Of a DNA stretch of 64,000 nt, positions 11,067 to 23,866 are shown piece after piece. The translations under genes were made by a program, and so were the position numbers. The stretch covers positions 22,258,001-22,322,000 of the forward strand of contig OZ249447.1 of NCBI GenBank assembly GCA_965235115.1, written 5' to 3'. Position 1 is the first letter of the stretch. Every line of letters begins with the position of its first letter. Below the pieces are notes generated by a model. The model worked only from the letters and a program-made list of their open reading frames with translations. It was not told the DNA's origin and searched no databases. This DNA comes from Laetmonice hystrix. Its lineage: Eukaryota.

Positions 11067-14000
11067 ATAGTCATGAACATGTTGCTGTTTACCTCACAAT
11101 CCCGATAGTCTTTCTTCATGTCTCGAGGATAAGAAAAAATGCAAAAACAGAACGAGCGCCGCTGAGGCTCTATGGGCAATGTGATATGTGATCTAAGAAA
11201 TGAGAAAATAGCTTTTTTTAAACGGCCTTCTTTAAATCTTTATATCATAAGTGAACGGAATCTTAAAAACGATTTTGAACAGACCCGGGAAGGACTATGG
11301 GCACGAAGGTGAGCAAGGGCTTCCGTTGACCCTTTCTAGTGTCACAAACCGCAAGGAGGAATTCTACCATCCAGTCACTCTTTGAACTCCTTCATGTTCT
11401 TTAGATAATTAATGTACGTAATGATTGAAGATGAACACATATAAGGGTAGTTATATATTCAAGTGTGATTATTGTAGAAGAAAACTCTAGTTGCCAAGTC
11501 CCTGGAGGAAGATCTGAAGTAGAAGCAGGCCTATTATGTTGACCTACCTCCTCGCACCCCTCTCCCCTCCGTTTTTTCCTCTGCCCCGGTTCATGCGGTA
11601 TTTATTGAACATCATGTCCCTACATCTACTCGTACCAGGACACCGCCTCATATTTCCCACAATGCATGAGTCATGCTCTCCTCTCATGGAGATGTGAATA
11701 GCCTAATGTGTCCTTGGAGTGCCCTTGTGGCTGCTGGACATTTGTCTGTGAGGCAATTAGCTGGGGCCAGACAGTCTGACGACTGGCGCTTCACCGGATC
11801 CAGTTGGATCATTGGCACCTGCCTGTATTACAGTGGCTTAATTACAGTGGGGACACTGTAGCAAAGCTGGCTGGATGGTAATTACACGAGCAGGTATATT
11901 GGAGGACTTATATAACCGGTGTGACAGATGAGGGACCCAATCAATACCTTTGGGTTATTCAGATACCAAGGCAACAATTCCTGCCATCCTGTCTAAATAA
12001 ATCTAAGTAAAATAGAGGGGTGAAAATTTATAATAGTATAGAAATAAAGAGGGGTGAAAATAAAAATTGTTTTTACCATTACTGACTGACGTTAAGGTTG
12101 TGATGGCACCGTGTTATCAACCCTGAGTATTCTAGATCAAAGACCTTTGATGTATCTCATATATGTCCCAGTAATCACCCCTGTTACCGTACGTATGGGC
12201 CTATACTTGTATACGTGTAGATGGGTCATTATGAGGGTCCCGCATTGTAGGCTAGTTAACAACGACCAGCACGCCCCTATCGACGATAAACTTTTTCATA
12301 GTGTAAGACTCGGAGAAAAATCATCCCTAAACATTCAGCTTTTATTTCAGTATTTTTTAACTTTTAACATTTAACATTTTATACTGGTAATGGTGATTTA
12401 TAATTGAATTATTTCTACGGACTGCCACGCATGGGACAGTTTGAAGGTCATTATCACGTTCACTGTATGTACATGACCTTGGCGAAAATTGCTGAGAGTT
12501 GGCCTAAGAGTATAGGCCTGTTGAAGATGACAAATGATGGGAACGTTTAAACCTTACCATAGAGGCAGACATTCAGCCACAGCCTCACAGGTGCCGACAC
12601 TTCAATTAGGGAGCAGTCATTATTTATCATGGCAATTGTCTCTGTGGCTGCAATTGGTCCACAGAAGGTACGCCGGCATTTTGTTGCTCCGCTGTGACAA
12701 TTATGGTTGACCCCGACCTGACCCTATGACCGCTGGGGTAGCCTCGGCCAGGTAGGTCAGGGCGACTGTTGCCAGTTGGGTGACCTCTCTACAACTACAG
12801 GGTACAAAATATACCCAGTTTTGGTTCTTTCAGCATTTACGCCTTGAAATTTGATATATATTTTAGGGTTAATTTTCATTGAGAGATTTGGTATCGTTAT
12901 CCATCAGTAGGTGCGTAGTATAGTGAAGTAGGAATAAGAGTTAGTCTAATTAATGTGTAACCCAGTCAAGTAGGTCAGATGTGTAAATATGAATAGTACA
13001 TCATTAATCAGTATTAATTTTATCATAATGGGAAGGCAAAAGAATAGAAGTAGGAACCCTCCTCGGAGAATTGATATTAATGACCCTATAATGTAAAAAG
13101 TGAAACCTGCTGGAAAATGTCGCCGTTTTTCTGTCTCTCAGATTTACAGCACACCATCTGTTATGTAATTGGCCACATTAACTCATCTCGGGATTTAGTT
13201 TCTTCCTACCATAGAAGTGAAAACCCGTCAAAATGATTTGCTGTAATGCTACACCTGTGTTTATTAAAGAACTAGCAGATAAACTTTATTGGAGGTATTT
13301 TCGCGACCACTTTTTAATGAGTCGTGGTAGGATGGTATGCAGATATCGGTAAATTGGTTTGCGTTTGACAGGGTGCTACCACCTCTGGACTATTTGTAAT
13401 GATGATTGCAGCATTGGTAATGGTTTAATTAGTGCAATTAACTTAGGCCCTGATGACTGTCATGTGGAGCTGCATGGAGTTCGAGTGCCAGTATGTGGCT
13501 CGGATTGATTCTTCAATCATCGCCCGATAGGTGGCGCCTGGGGTCCGATGATGACCAGCAGTTTTTTGTTTGGTTTGGAGTCTGCTGATTGTCGGTTTAA
13601 TGGACACTGTGTTTATGGCGTCATTATTTCTACATTGATAGGACACAGGTAATAGATGTTGCGGTTACCTTGGAGATTTACAATTATAATATGTTTCTAT
13701 TGATTTCACATGAAAGGCATTTACACCAAACACTTCTAAATGTGTCGCCATAGTAACAAATGTTGCTCTCCGTGGGTGCTGGCCAAAGTCCTCGCCATGT
13801 TTGGAACTTTTATTGGTAGTCATATACATCCACAATCTCACTGCCCGTTATGGAGACATCCGATCGGAGAAGTTACGTTTTCTGTGTACATTCCGGGGAG
13901 GTCTCTCCTTGTACAGACCGACCCATTCCCAGTACCGTCACGTATGATCACGTGACCGGCCGAGCGTGGAGACCAACACCGATTTACATTGTATACAATA

Positions 14001-15879
14001 TGTACGGTCTCCAGGAGCCGTCCGCCGGCCCCGCTGGCTCATCTCCCCGCCGCCCGGCGCCCTCGGTGTCACGACCGGTAAATAGCCAACACCACACCGA
14101 CATTGCATGCTTTCATTGTCAACATCATGCCAAGTGCTGCTTTCTCTGTTAGAGCACGGCCCTGGAGGAGTTCGCACGAGTACGAGAGAAAACTCACCCT
14201 CCTATGTGTGACTTCCAGTGGCCTGACCCTTGACCTTGTAAGAGATGGCAGCGGGGGTTGGAGGACTTGACGGGTGACAGGGACAGGTTGAGGACGGGTA
14301 GGATTAACTTAGGGTGAAGTGGGGTTTATGGGATTAAGGTTTTCTCAGTGTGCTGACACCTCAATGTGAAGATGTCACCATACCGCTCGGCTTGGCTTGA
14401 GGAGGACTCGCTCTAACCACAGGATGGTAAGGAAGCCGTCGCTGGTCATTTCACACGCCAGTATTATAAAGTAGCTCAGTCTTGGATGGTTCCTTGAGTG
14501 GTTCTCAAGTGTTTGTCGTGGTATTTTTGTCCTGCCCTTATTGCTCTGCGCCTAGAAGTATGGCGTCTCAGGTATGCAGTCGAGGAACAAATAAATAGAA
14601 CTTTGACGGAAATTTAGCAGCATCAAGCTACTAAGGGTGATAAATTGTTCATATATTACTGGCTTGAACTGACGAGAGGCCCCGACTGCATAGTTTATGG
14701 AAGATAAAGAGGAGCCCCCCCCCCAAAAAAAAATATAGTTAAAAATATTTAGGGGGATAGCAATGTATTATCCTGGAACATAAATATTAGTAGTTATAAA
14801 TTATTAATTCAGTATACCCGGTAAGCAAACTTTGTGTTGTTGACAGACCCGATACATGAAGACATACTTCGTCTGTCAGCATGTAAACCGCAGGTTGCCA
14901 GTATATATAGAGGTGGGGGTAAGAATGATTACCCCCTCCCCGGTCTGACGTACAACTCCACCCCTCTCACCTCCGAGCAGACACTTGTCAGCAGGGGGTC
15001 ATACGGACAGGTAGGATCGTCATTAAAACAGACCAGGGGTCACATCAAAGGCGGGCAGGGTGGAGGGTCACAGCCTCAAGGTCAAGTGGAAGTCTCACTG
15101 AAGGTGGCGGGTAGGGTGAGAGCTGAGGTCAGGGGTCAGGAGGGGGTGTCGTAGACGGGAGAGTGTATGTGAAGGGGTTTAGGAGTTGATCTCCTCCGCA
15201 GAGTTGGTCAAATGTCCCAGTTCAGCTGGCCTTTATCATTTGACGTACGGTATGGGACATCATATAGGAAAGTGAGGGAAAAAAGGTCAGACAAGAGTTG
15301 AGAAAACTTTGGAACGTTTCTGGGTGGTTTCCCGGAAGTCAGCGTGATTTACATATCCATGACGATGTGGTTATGATCAGTCATTGAAGAATAATGTTAT
15401 TGGTAATGACGACACGGGAAACATAATTGTTGCTGACTTATAAAAAAGATAGAGAGATAAAAAGCACGGTTACGACACGTATGGCCCTCAGGGAAAGCCA
15501 TAAAGTACCATTTTAAACAGTCCGTAATAGAGTAGATGCTCCTCGTCCTAACTCTCTGTACATGGTGATCATAGATCGTTCCCATCCCTCACATAATGAC
15601 CCCTGCGTTAGACCAATTACTTGCTAACTATGGTCGGGGTCACAGGTCCCTACGTCACAACACTGTCTATAATCAACACCTTGCCCCCAGCAGGTAACCC
15701 CCGCCGACTCCGCTAGGATGTAAAGGCTTTCACTACAACCATTTATATGCTGCCTTGGAATAATTGATTGCAAGCAATTTTCTGCAGGACCGATGTTAGA
15801 CTTTACAGTCTGGTCGGTTATATAACACTACGCTGTAGTGTCTGGGTCTACGTTCAAAATTGGCGTAGACTGATAATTG

Positions 15880-15960
15880 GGTAGGCGGGAAGGTAGGCAG
15901 GCAGGTAGGTAGGCGGGAAGGTAGGCAGGTAGGCAGGTAGGCAGGCAGGTGGGTAGAAGG
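15880..15960. repeat. Imperfect (GTAG/GCAG)n tetranucleotide microsatellite
   Basis: gtaggcgggaaggtaggcaggcaggtaggtaggc... read directly. Confidence 0.9.
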
Positions 15961-16364
15961 TGTAAGTATGTAATGATGGGGGGGGGGGGCATGAATTCCA
16001 AATCCACGTTTTATCACTTGGTGCGTTAATTAGAAGGTTTTAAAGTTTCCAGTCTTCCATTAAATACTTGGGGACCAAAAAGAGAGCGTAGTTTAAGCAG
16101 GTAAACTATAATTAAGGGTGGTGGAGGGGTGAGGGGTGTAAACAGGTGGTGTTTAGGTGTGTCAATAAGCTTAGTGAATGTAGATTACCAGTAAACAGAA
16201 CCCCTCAGACAATAGTTGTTACTAGACAAGTTTCTGTTGAGTAGGTTAAAGGTGGGAACAGATGCTGAGTAATGTGGGATCAGGGGGAAAGCTGACATGT
16301 TAAGTCTGTTCACTGGTGAAATTGTGTTCTTAACGAACAATGGATGTTAACCTGGTCATTAAAT

Positions 16365-17304
16365 GTAGCTAACCAAGACCGTTCTCTGGGCCAATAGAAA
16401 CGTTGATAATGTTGGAGTTACCTGTGATGTTGGCCTACAGGTTGCTGGAAGGTCAGTAGCTAACCGAAGACCGTTCTCTGGGCCAATAGAAACGTTGATA
16501 ATGTTGGAGTTACCTGCGTTGTTGGCCTACAGGTTGCTGAAAGGTCAGTAGCTAACCAAGACCGTTCTCCGGGCCAATAGAAACGTTGACAATGTTGGAG
16601 TTACCTGCGATGGAAGGTCAGTAGCTAACCGAAGACCGTTCTCTGGGCCAATAGAAACGTTGATAATGTTGGAGTTACCTGCGTTGTTGGCCTACAGGTT
16701 GCTGGAAGGTCAGTAGCTAACCAAGACCGTTCTCCGGGCCAATAGAAACGTTGACAATGTTGGAGTTACCTGTGATGTTGGCCTACAGGTTGCTTGAAGG
16801 TCAGTAGCTAACCGAAGACCGTTCTCTGGGCCAATAGAAACGTTGATAATGTTGGAGTTACCTGCGATGTTGGCCTACAGGTTGCTGGAAGGTCAGTATA
16901 GCTAACCAAAGACCGTTCTCTGGGCCAATAGAAACGTTGATAATGTTGGAGTTACCTGCGTTGTTGGCCTACAGGTTGTTGGAAGGTCAGTAGCTAACCG
17001 AAGACCGTTCTCTGGGCCAATAGAAACGTTGATAATGTTGGAGTTACCTGCGATGGAAGGTCAGTAGCTAACCGAAGACCGTTCTCTGGGCCAATAGAAA
17101 CGTTGATAATGTTGGAGTTACCTGCGATGGAAGGTCAGTAGCTAACAGAAGACCGTTCTCTGGGCCAATAGAAACGTTGACAATGTTGAAGTTACTTGCG
17201 ATGGAAGGTCAGTAGCTAACCGAAGACCGTTCTCTGGGCCAATAGAAACGTTGATAATGTTGGAGTTACCTGTCATGTTGGCCTACAGGTTGCTGGAAGG
17301 TCAG
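16365..17304. repeat. Minisatellite with 92-bp and 74-bp unit variants, 11 copies
   Basis: Unit tagctaaccgaagaccgttctctgggccaatagaaacgttgataatgttggagttacctgcga[tgttggcctacaggttgc]tggaaggtcag. The bracketed 18 bp is absent in short units. Confidence 0.97.
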
Positions 17305-17537
17305 TTTTGAAGGGAAGTATCCCTCTGTTTATTGGAATTTATCTGGACTGGCATCGAACGGTCCAGAAAACTGGATGAGTTCTCTCATGTGGTTAATTCC
17401 TGGAAAGTCCTATGGAAGTACTCATTACAGTCTAACTTACTTTAGATTGTAAACTATAATTAAAAAATGTGGAATCAAAGACCAGTAAAATAAAGATGTG
17501 AAAAACGTATTTATATGGGAGGCTGTTTGAGATGATC

Positions 17538-18594
17538 GAGTTTTATAATGAAGTTGATTACTTTGACAATGTTCTAAGGGTTGAGGTTGGTAGCCGATCT
17601 GTTCAGTAATGGACGGTCGGGATAGAGTGAGCGGAGGTCAGAGAGTTTTATAATGAAGTTGATTACTTTGACAATGTTCTAAGGGTTGAGGTTGGTAGCC
17701 GATCTGTTCAGTAATGGACGGTCGGGATAGGGTGAGCGGAGGTCAGAGAGTTTTATAATGAAGTTGATTACTTTGACAATGTTGTAAGGGTTGAGGTTGG
17801 TAGCCGATCTGTTCAGTAATAGACGGTCGGGATAGGGTGAGCGGAGGTCAGAGAGTTTTATAATGAAGTTGATTACTTTGACAATGTTGTAAGGGTTGAG
17901 GTTGGTAGCCGATCTGTTCAGTAATGGACGGTCGGGATAGGGTGAGCGGAGGTCAGAGAGTTTTATAATGAAGTTGATTACTTTGACAATGTTGTAAGGG
18001 TTGAGGTTGGTAGCCGATCTGTTCAGTAATAGACGGTCGGGATAGGGTGAGCGGAGGTCAGAGAGTTTTATAATGAAGTTGATTACTTTGACAATGTTGT
18101 AAGGGTTGAGGTTGGTAGCCGATCTGTTCAGTAATGGACGGTCGGGATAGGGTGAGCGGAGGTCAGAGAGTTTTATAATGAAGTTGATTACTTTGACAAT
18201 GTTGTAAGGGTTGAGGTTGGTAGCCGATCTGTTCAGTAATAGACGGTCGGGATAGGGTGAGCGGAGGTCAGAGAGTTTTATAATGAAGTTGATTACTTTG
18301 ACAATGTTGTAAGGGTTGAGGTTGGTAGCCGATCTGTTCAGTAATGGACGGTCGGGATAGAGTGAGCGGAGGTCAGAGAGTTTTATAATGAAGTTGATTA
18401 CTTTGACAATGTTGTAAGGGTTGAGGTTGGTAGCCGATCTGTTCAGTAATGGACGGTCGGGATAGAGTGAGCGGAGGTCAGAGAGTTTTATAATGAAGTT
18501 GATTACTTTGACAATGTTCTAAGGGTTGACGTTGGTAGCCGATCTGTTCAGTAATGGAAGGTCGGGATAGGGTGAGCGGAGGTCAGAGAGTTTT
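17538..18594. repeat. Minisatellite, 105-bp unit, ~10 copies
   Basis: Unit gagagttttataatgaagttgattactttgacaatgttgtaagggttgaggttggtagccgatctgttcagtaatggacggtcgggatagggtgagcggaggtca. Unit starts at 17641, 17746 and 17851. Confidence 0.98.
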
Positions 18595-21500
18595 AACAGT
18601 GATCCGAGCTGCCAGACCAGTGGGAGAATGCAGTGGTCAGTTTGAGGTCAGCATTATCTTGACACCGAATCCATGGTGAACAGCAGTAAGCCTGCTGTGT
18701 GACTCGCCCTCAATATAAGATGACGTATCTAATGTCAGTATAAAACATCAGCCTCAGAGACCCCAAGTACAAATCCTTGTCCAGGGCAAATGTCAGCATT
18801 AATGAACCCTTGGGGTTGTTTTAACACTGGGGGAAGATGACGGGCTGGTGTGGACGTAAGGGACAATCGGGGGGGAAATTGATGGCAATTTGAAGTGATG
18901 ACAATATTAATGTCTGATGGAGCATTGATGTCAGCTTGGTGTAATTGATTATTGTTGGCCGGACGTCATGCTGTGGGGTCTAGAGATTTGATGGCTGGGG
19001 TGAATAACCATAGTGCTGGCTTTATTGGCTTATGATAAACGAGGCCATGCTTCAGCAGCCAGGCACCAGAAGGTGTTATCTATCAACGACTTTCTTTCAA
19101 TTTTCATCCCTATCATCATCATCGGTGAGGTTGTCATCTCGGCATGGCTGCGCAGTCAGTCAGAGTTGGACGCCAGGTTTGAACGAGAAGCCTTCAGTTA
19201 TCATGCACGAGAGTGGATGCTGCAAACAGCTGGCGTGGTGGAGTGCTCTCTCAGTAGTCCCGACTGCTGGTTGCCAGCAGTCCTGGGAAGACCTGCCAAC
19301 GTCTGCGGCCTACTCAGATGTAAGATCCGGCCCAATCAGCCGTGCGGCAAAGTTAATGCATTGTGCAATGAAGTGTCCAAGGGTAAGGAAATTTGTGAAA
19401 ATTGGTGTGGTGGATGGCGCTTTACACTAGCTCTGCCCATGTGGGCCGCGGTCACCCAGGCATTATGTAGGCACCAACTGGTGGGTATTGTCCATTTTCC
19501 ACGGTGCAGCCAAATTGTTTGTAGGGCGCTGTCATTTTCAGCAGTGATGGTCGTCAGGTAATGGTTTTCTTTGTCGTCATTGGTCGATCAGACGCCCAGA
19601 AATAGCTGGCCACCTTAGAGCACAAAGCCAGCACAAAGAAAGGTCTGGCCGCTAGGCCTGAAGCAACGCTAGGCTCGGGATAACGACTGCAAACTGGAAA
19701 GTTTCTAATGCATTCCATCACCATCCTTAGGTAAATCTACACAAATCTTGTGGTGAATGAATCGGGTTCAGAGACCTGGGCAAGGACAAGCTCATTCAGT
19801 CACCTATTGCTTACCCAGCTTTGTCCACCAAGAATACCGTCAACTGTTTGAGGAGTTTTCTTGATTGATGCATCAGTCATGTTCGTAAGCCAGGCATCAG
19901 AGAAAATAATCAAATTACGAAGTAACAAAAGGGTAGAAGTTAAGTTAATAGCATGGAAGCTGGGTACAAGACAGGTGAACAGGGGTTGAACTGTAGTGAA
20001 GTTGTCACTTTGAGTGAGTATAATGGAGTAGTTATATAGAGATCCGTTACTAGAGGTTGTGGACTTGTTCCTGGGTGGTCCGGTGTACGAATGGAAGTTT
20101 GCCAAAGTGTCCGCCATACTACTGCTACTCATTGAACCCCTCTTCTAATAGATGCTCTAAGATTTCACTCTAACACCTATCAAAAGAATTTCTCTTTCAT
20201 CTCTCGTAAAGAAGCAGGTCACCCTTGACTCGTCTTAAAGTGCAGTTTGTACTCGTGGTTTAATCTGTGATTTCTGGAGTGGAAGATGGCAGGGATGGTG
20301 TGAATCACAGCGAGAGAGGTGGGTCTAAATGGTCGGAGTTTAGCTCAATGTTAAATTACCCTGCTTCTCATTGACATGGGCCGGGCACGGGCGACAAGTG
20401 GGTCAGAGGGAATGCTCACAGTTATGACGAGAAAAGATCCACAATGTGGGACTCGCCACTGAGGCTTGGTGCAGCTAGTCTGAACTTGTTATCAGCTCAA
20501 GTCAACCACATAGCCGTAATATTGGCAGGCCAGGAAAAATAGTCGTTCTGTTATCGTTTCAAGCATTATTTCTCCAAGACTGAATCCAAATAGACACGGA
20601 GATAATCTGCGACTATTTCATGCTATTCTGCGTAAATCCATCATTATGAGAAGGTAAAAAAATGGAGAGGGAAAACAGGAAGAAAAAATCCGTAGATTTG
20701 CCAAGAACTTGAGGTCAGCCATGTGATCCTAGAAGCAGGTATTCTGTTCGCTCGTACCGTGGAAGGAGGAGGTGTTAAAGAGGATGTACATTGTGCCCTG
20801 TGCCCCTCCCTATTACAGTCTTGTCTAGGATATATCCTTGTACCAGTTACCAGAACGAGAAACGTGCCGAATGATTAGCTGTGTTTTTCCCCGCCCCAGT
20901 GCCACCGTCAGTGTCCATGATGCCAGGATCAAGTGATGGTTATCGTCAGGACTGACGAGTGTGGAATGGTCGAAACCGGGGCTCCGCGCCGGGTTACTGA
21001 ACACGTCACCTCCGTAAGGGGGCACCACTGAGCCGCTATTGATCGCCACTTTTTATTGTACAACTATGACCGAAAAAAACTCCGAGTTACTGCTGGCTTC
21101 CGTGCGCTCTAGTCGTATACAACATGGGAGTTCACCCGGGGAAAACGAAGAAAGTACATGTTCAAGAACAGTTTAATTGGGGTGTGTTTTAGTACATAAA
21201 ATAAGACATAAGAATGAAGTTAGCCCCTGGCAGACTGTTGCCCATGTATCACTTGATGAGGGGTGAAAAATCTCGTTTAATATTGTGGGAATTTCTCATA
21301 TATGTAAATGGTGCTGTGATGATATATTCTTTAGGCAAAAAATCCTTGTGGTGTGTGGGTAATGTTACCAGTATTACTGGGAATATACCAGAGCATAGTG
21401 ACATTCAGGCATGGAGCATTTTGTCTATCTAACATCGCTAACGGAAGTTTTCGTAGATACATTCTGCCTCAACTTAGGAATGTAATTCTGAATTACATGT

Positions 21501-23807
21501 GTCACTTTATTATCCGACGGAAACCATTTTTCTGTACGAGGTGATCTGACTGAAACGTTGCTAGTTGTTGCTTTTGAAGGATAGAAAAAGTCAGTTTAAA
21601 CCAAAAAGTGCCTGCCAACACATATCACATGGACGTCGTTATCCATGCCTATGTGAGATATGTTTCCCGGAGGCAGGGAATTGTGCATACTTTCTATCCA
21701 CCCACCCCACCTCCACCCGTACCCCTACCCCTCCAAGACTGACTGACCTGTAGAGTCATGTTTCACAGGCCAATAGTCGGCACAATACCGTCGGCCATAG
21801 ACACAACGGCGACTGTTACCTGTCTGTTCCACCTGCTGGTTTTAAAGGCCACGCACAATTGCTTCCCCTCCTTAAACCCCAAGGCCACGGTCATAATGAC
21901 CGATAATGGTAAATAATGTCTAAACAGCAAATAATGGCTCTATGCTAATTGCACCCTTGCAGTCAGCAGAGAGTCCACGCCTGTTTTAAACCTAGAATTG
22001 TGTAGATCTTTGCTGTGTTTTCTATGGCAGTACGTGTAGCCTCACGTTTGGTAGATACATTCGTTGTGAGAATAATTTAAAAAACACTTTAAATGTTACG
22101 GAAGGGGCCCCAATGAAATGAACACTCGGGAAACGTTAGAATGAACTACAGATATGTTTCTCGCAGTTTTGACGCGACTCTGCAGAAGATTATCATTTTG
22201 TCACGGCTGCCTGGAAAATGGACATGGACTTATTGGTAGAGGCTGCTGTAAAAGAAGATGATATTGACACAGTGTTTGGCTAGACCCCTAATGTTTGTCC
22301 AAGTCCTTCTGTTGAGGCTTCCCTGTCTCCTCCAAACGATGCTCCTCGGCTCATTGACAGAGCTGATTTGCACGTTGGCCAATGTGTGGCCCAGGGTCAG
22401 TTGTGGGCCGGTTGCGGGCCAGTTGGTAGGACTGTGTGGATTGGTCCCTGTCACGTAGGGACTCCGGTCCCTGCCGCAATCAGTGTCAGTAGTCAGCAGC
22501 TTGGAACAGTGCTGACCTGAAAGCTTGGTTGCTCAGCCGGGGTCAACACTGGGTTCGCTCCACACATCGACCGACCGACCGACCCATCAACCGACGGGAG
22601 GAGGGGAGCAAGGGGAAGTCAGTCAGTCACTCTGTGCCCGTGTAAACCAACGACTGCTTCCCGCAACTTGGCAGTCGGCGGCCACCAGACCCACACACAG
22701 ACTGCTTTTCACCTGAGTAACTGATACAGCAATAGACTTGGAAACCTCTCGGCGAGTCGAAAAGGTAGATGTCATCTTTTCCTTCAGTGCCTTTTACCCC
22801 GGCCAGACCTCACAGGTAGAGAGGGGTTGGAGGAGTTGGGGTAGAAAAGTTTGGTAGAAGTTTAACCCCAGCCAGTGCTGGCATCCAGACTCCCACCACC
22901 ACATAACGGGGTTACCTCTGACGGTGGTGGCCATCAGCCGGCGGTGGTGGTGGTGCTACTCAGGGTGGTGGCATCAGTCCGGCCCAGAGGTGCTGGGATG
23001 GAGCAGGAGCAGAAAGCGACCCTCTCCACCAGACTCCATGCTCCTTGCTGACTACCAGACTTGGGGCCAGTCGGGCATGTATGCCTGTTCGACGGAAGGA
23101 ACTTTTACTACGCAGAGGAGTCCACCTACTAACTTCACAGAACTGGAGGTTGTTTGCAGGTCTGAAATAGCATTTTCCTTACAATTTCACCTGCATCAGT
23201 GGAATTAATCCATCGGATATTTTGTTGCGAGCACCTTCACTGGTTGGTTTTCTTGAGTACATAGAACCAGTAAAGTGCCAAAGCCGACCTCTTTTTGATC
23301 TGTAGGCTGCTGGATATTTTGATGGTTCCCAGGAAAACGACTTGAACAGCCTTTGACATGCAGTGTGGAGGTCAGTTATTGCTATGGCAATACGCGTGTA
23401 CATGAGGTAGGCCGGGAGGCTGAACGGTGGCACGTGATACCCCGGCCAGACGTGGACTGGCCCCGCTGGAGCGGCCGACGTCTGGGCCATGTTGCCTCTC
23501 AACCAACCTGACACGAGGTTTGGCCAGCTGGCTGCAAGTTGTCATAAAGGTTCGACCCGAGCATCTACTGGAGTCGGCTCCAGCCATGATGAACACCATC
23601 CGTTTGCGAACACGGGCACACTGGAGAGGAAAGTTCTCTTCTTCCAACACCCCCTCGAGCAACTGTTCTGACCCGGAGGAGATTTCTGGCACCTCACAGA
23701 GCTTCCTAGTTCTTGGATCTAAATGATTACTTTAACACACACGGTCTGAAGGAATTGTACGTTTTTGGATTACCAGCCCCGTGGAGGTCTAGCCTTATTT
23801 TCATCAG

Positions 23808-23866
23808 GCTGTCCGGTATGGCAAGATAAAGTCTGGTTCTGAAGAATGGATTTTATGATCCTCAAG
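23808..23866 (+). other. Candidate 59-bp non-coding exon
   Basis: agccttattttcatcag| ... CTCAAG|gtaagt. All three frames contain stops. Confidence 0.25.

Noticed and set aside
19013-19561. 182-aa plus-strand ORF
   Set aside because: It has a GTG start, no recognisable domain, an overlapping open frame and no convincing splice sites.
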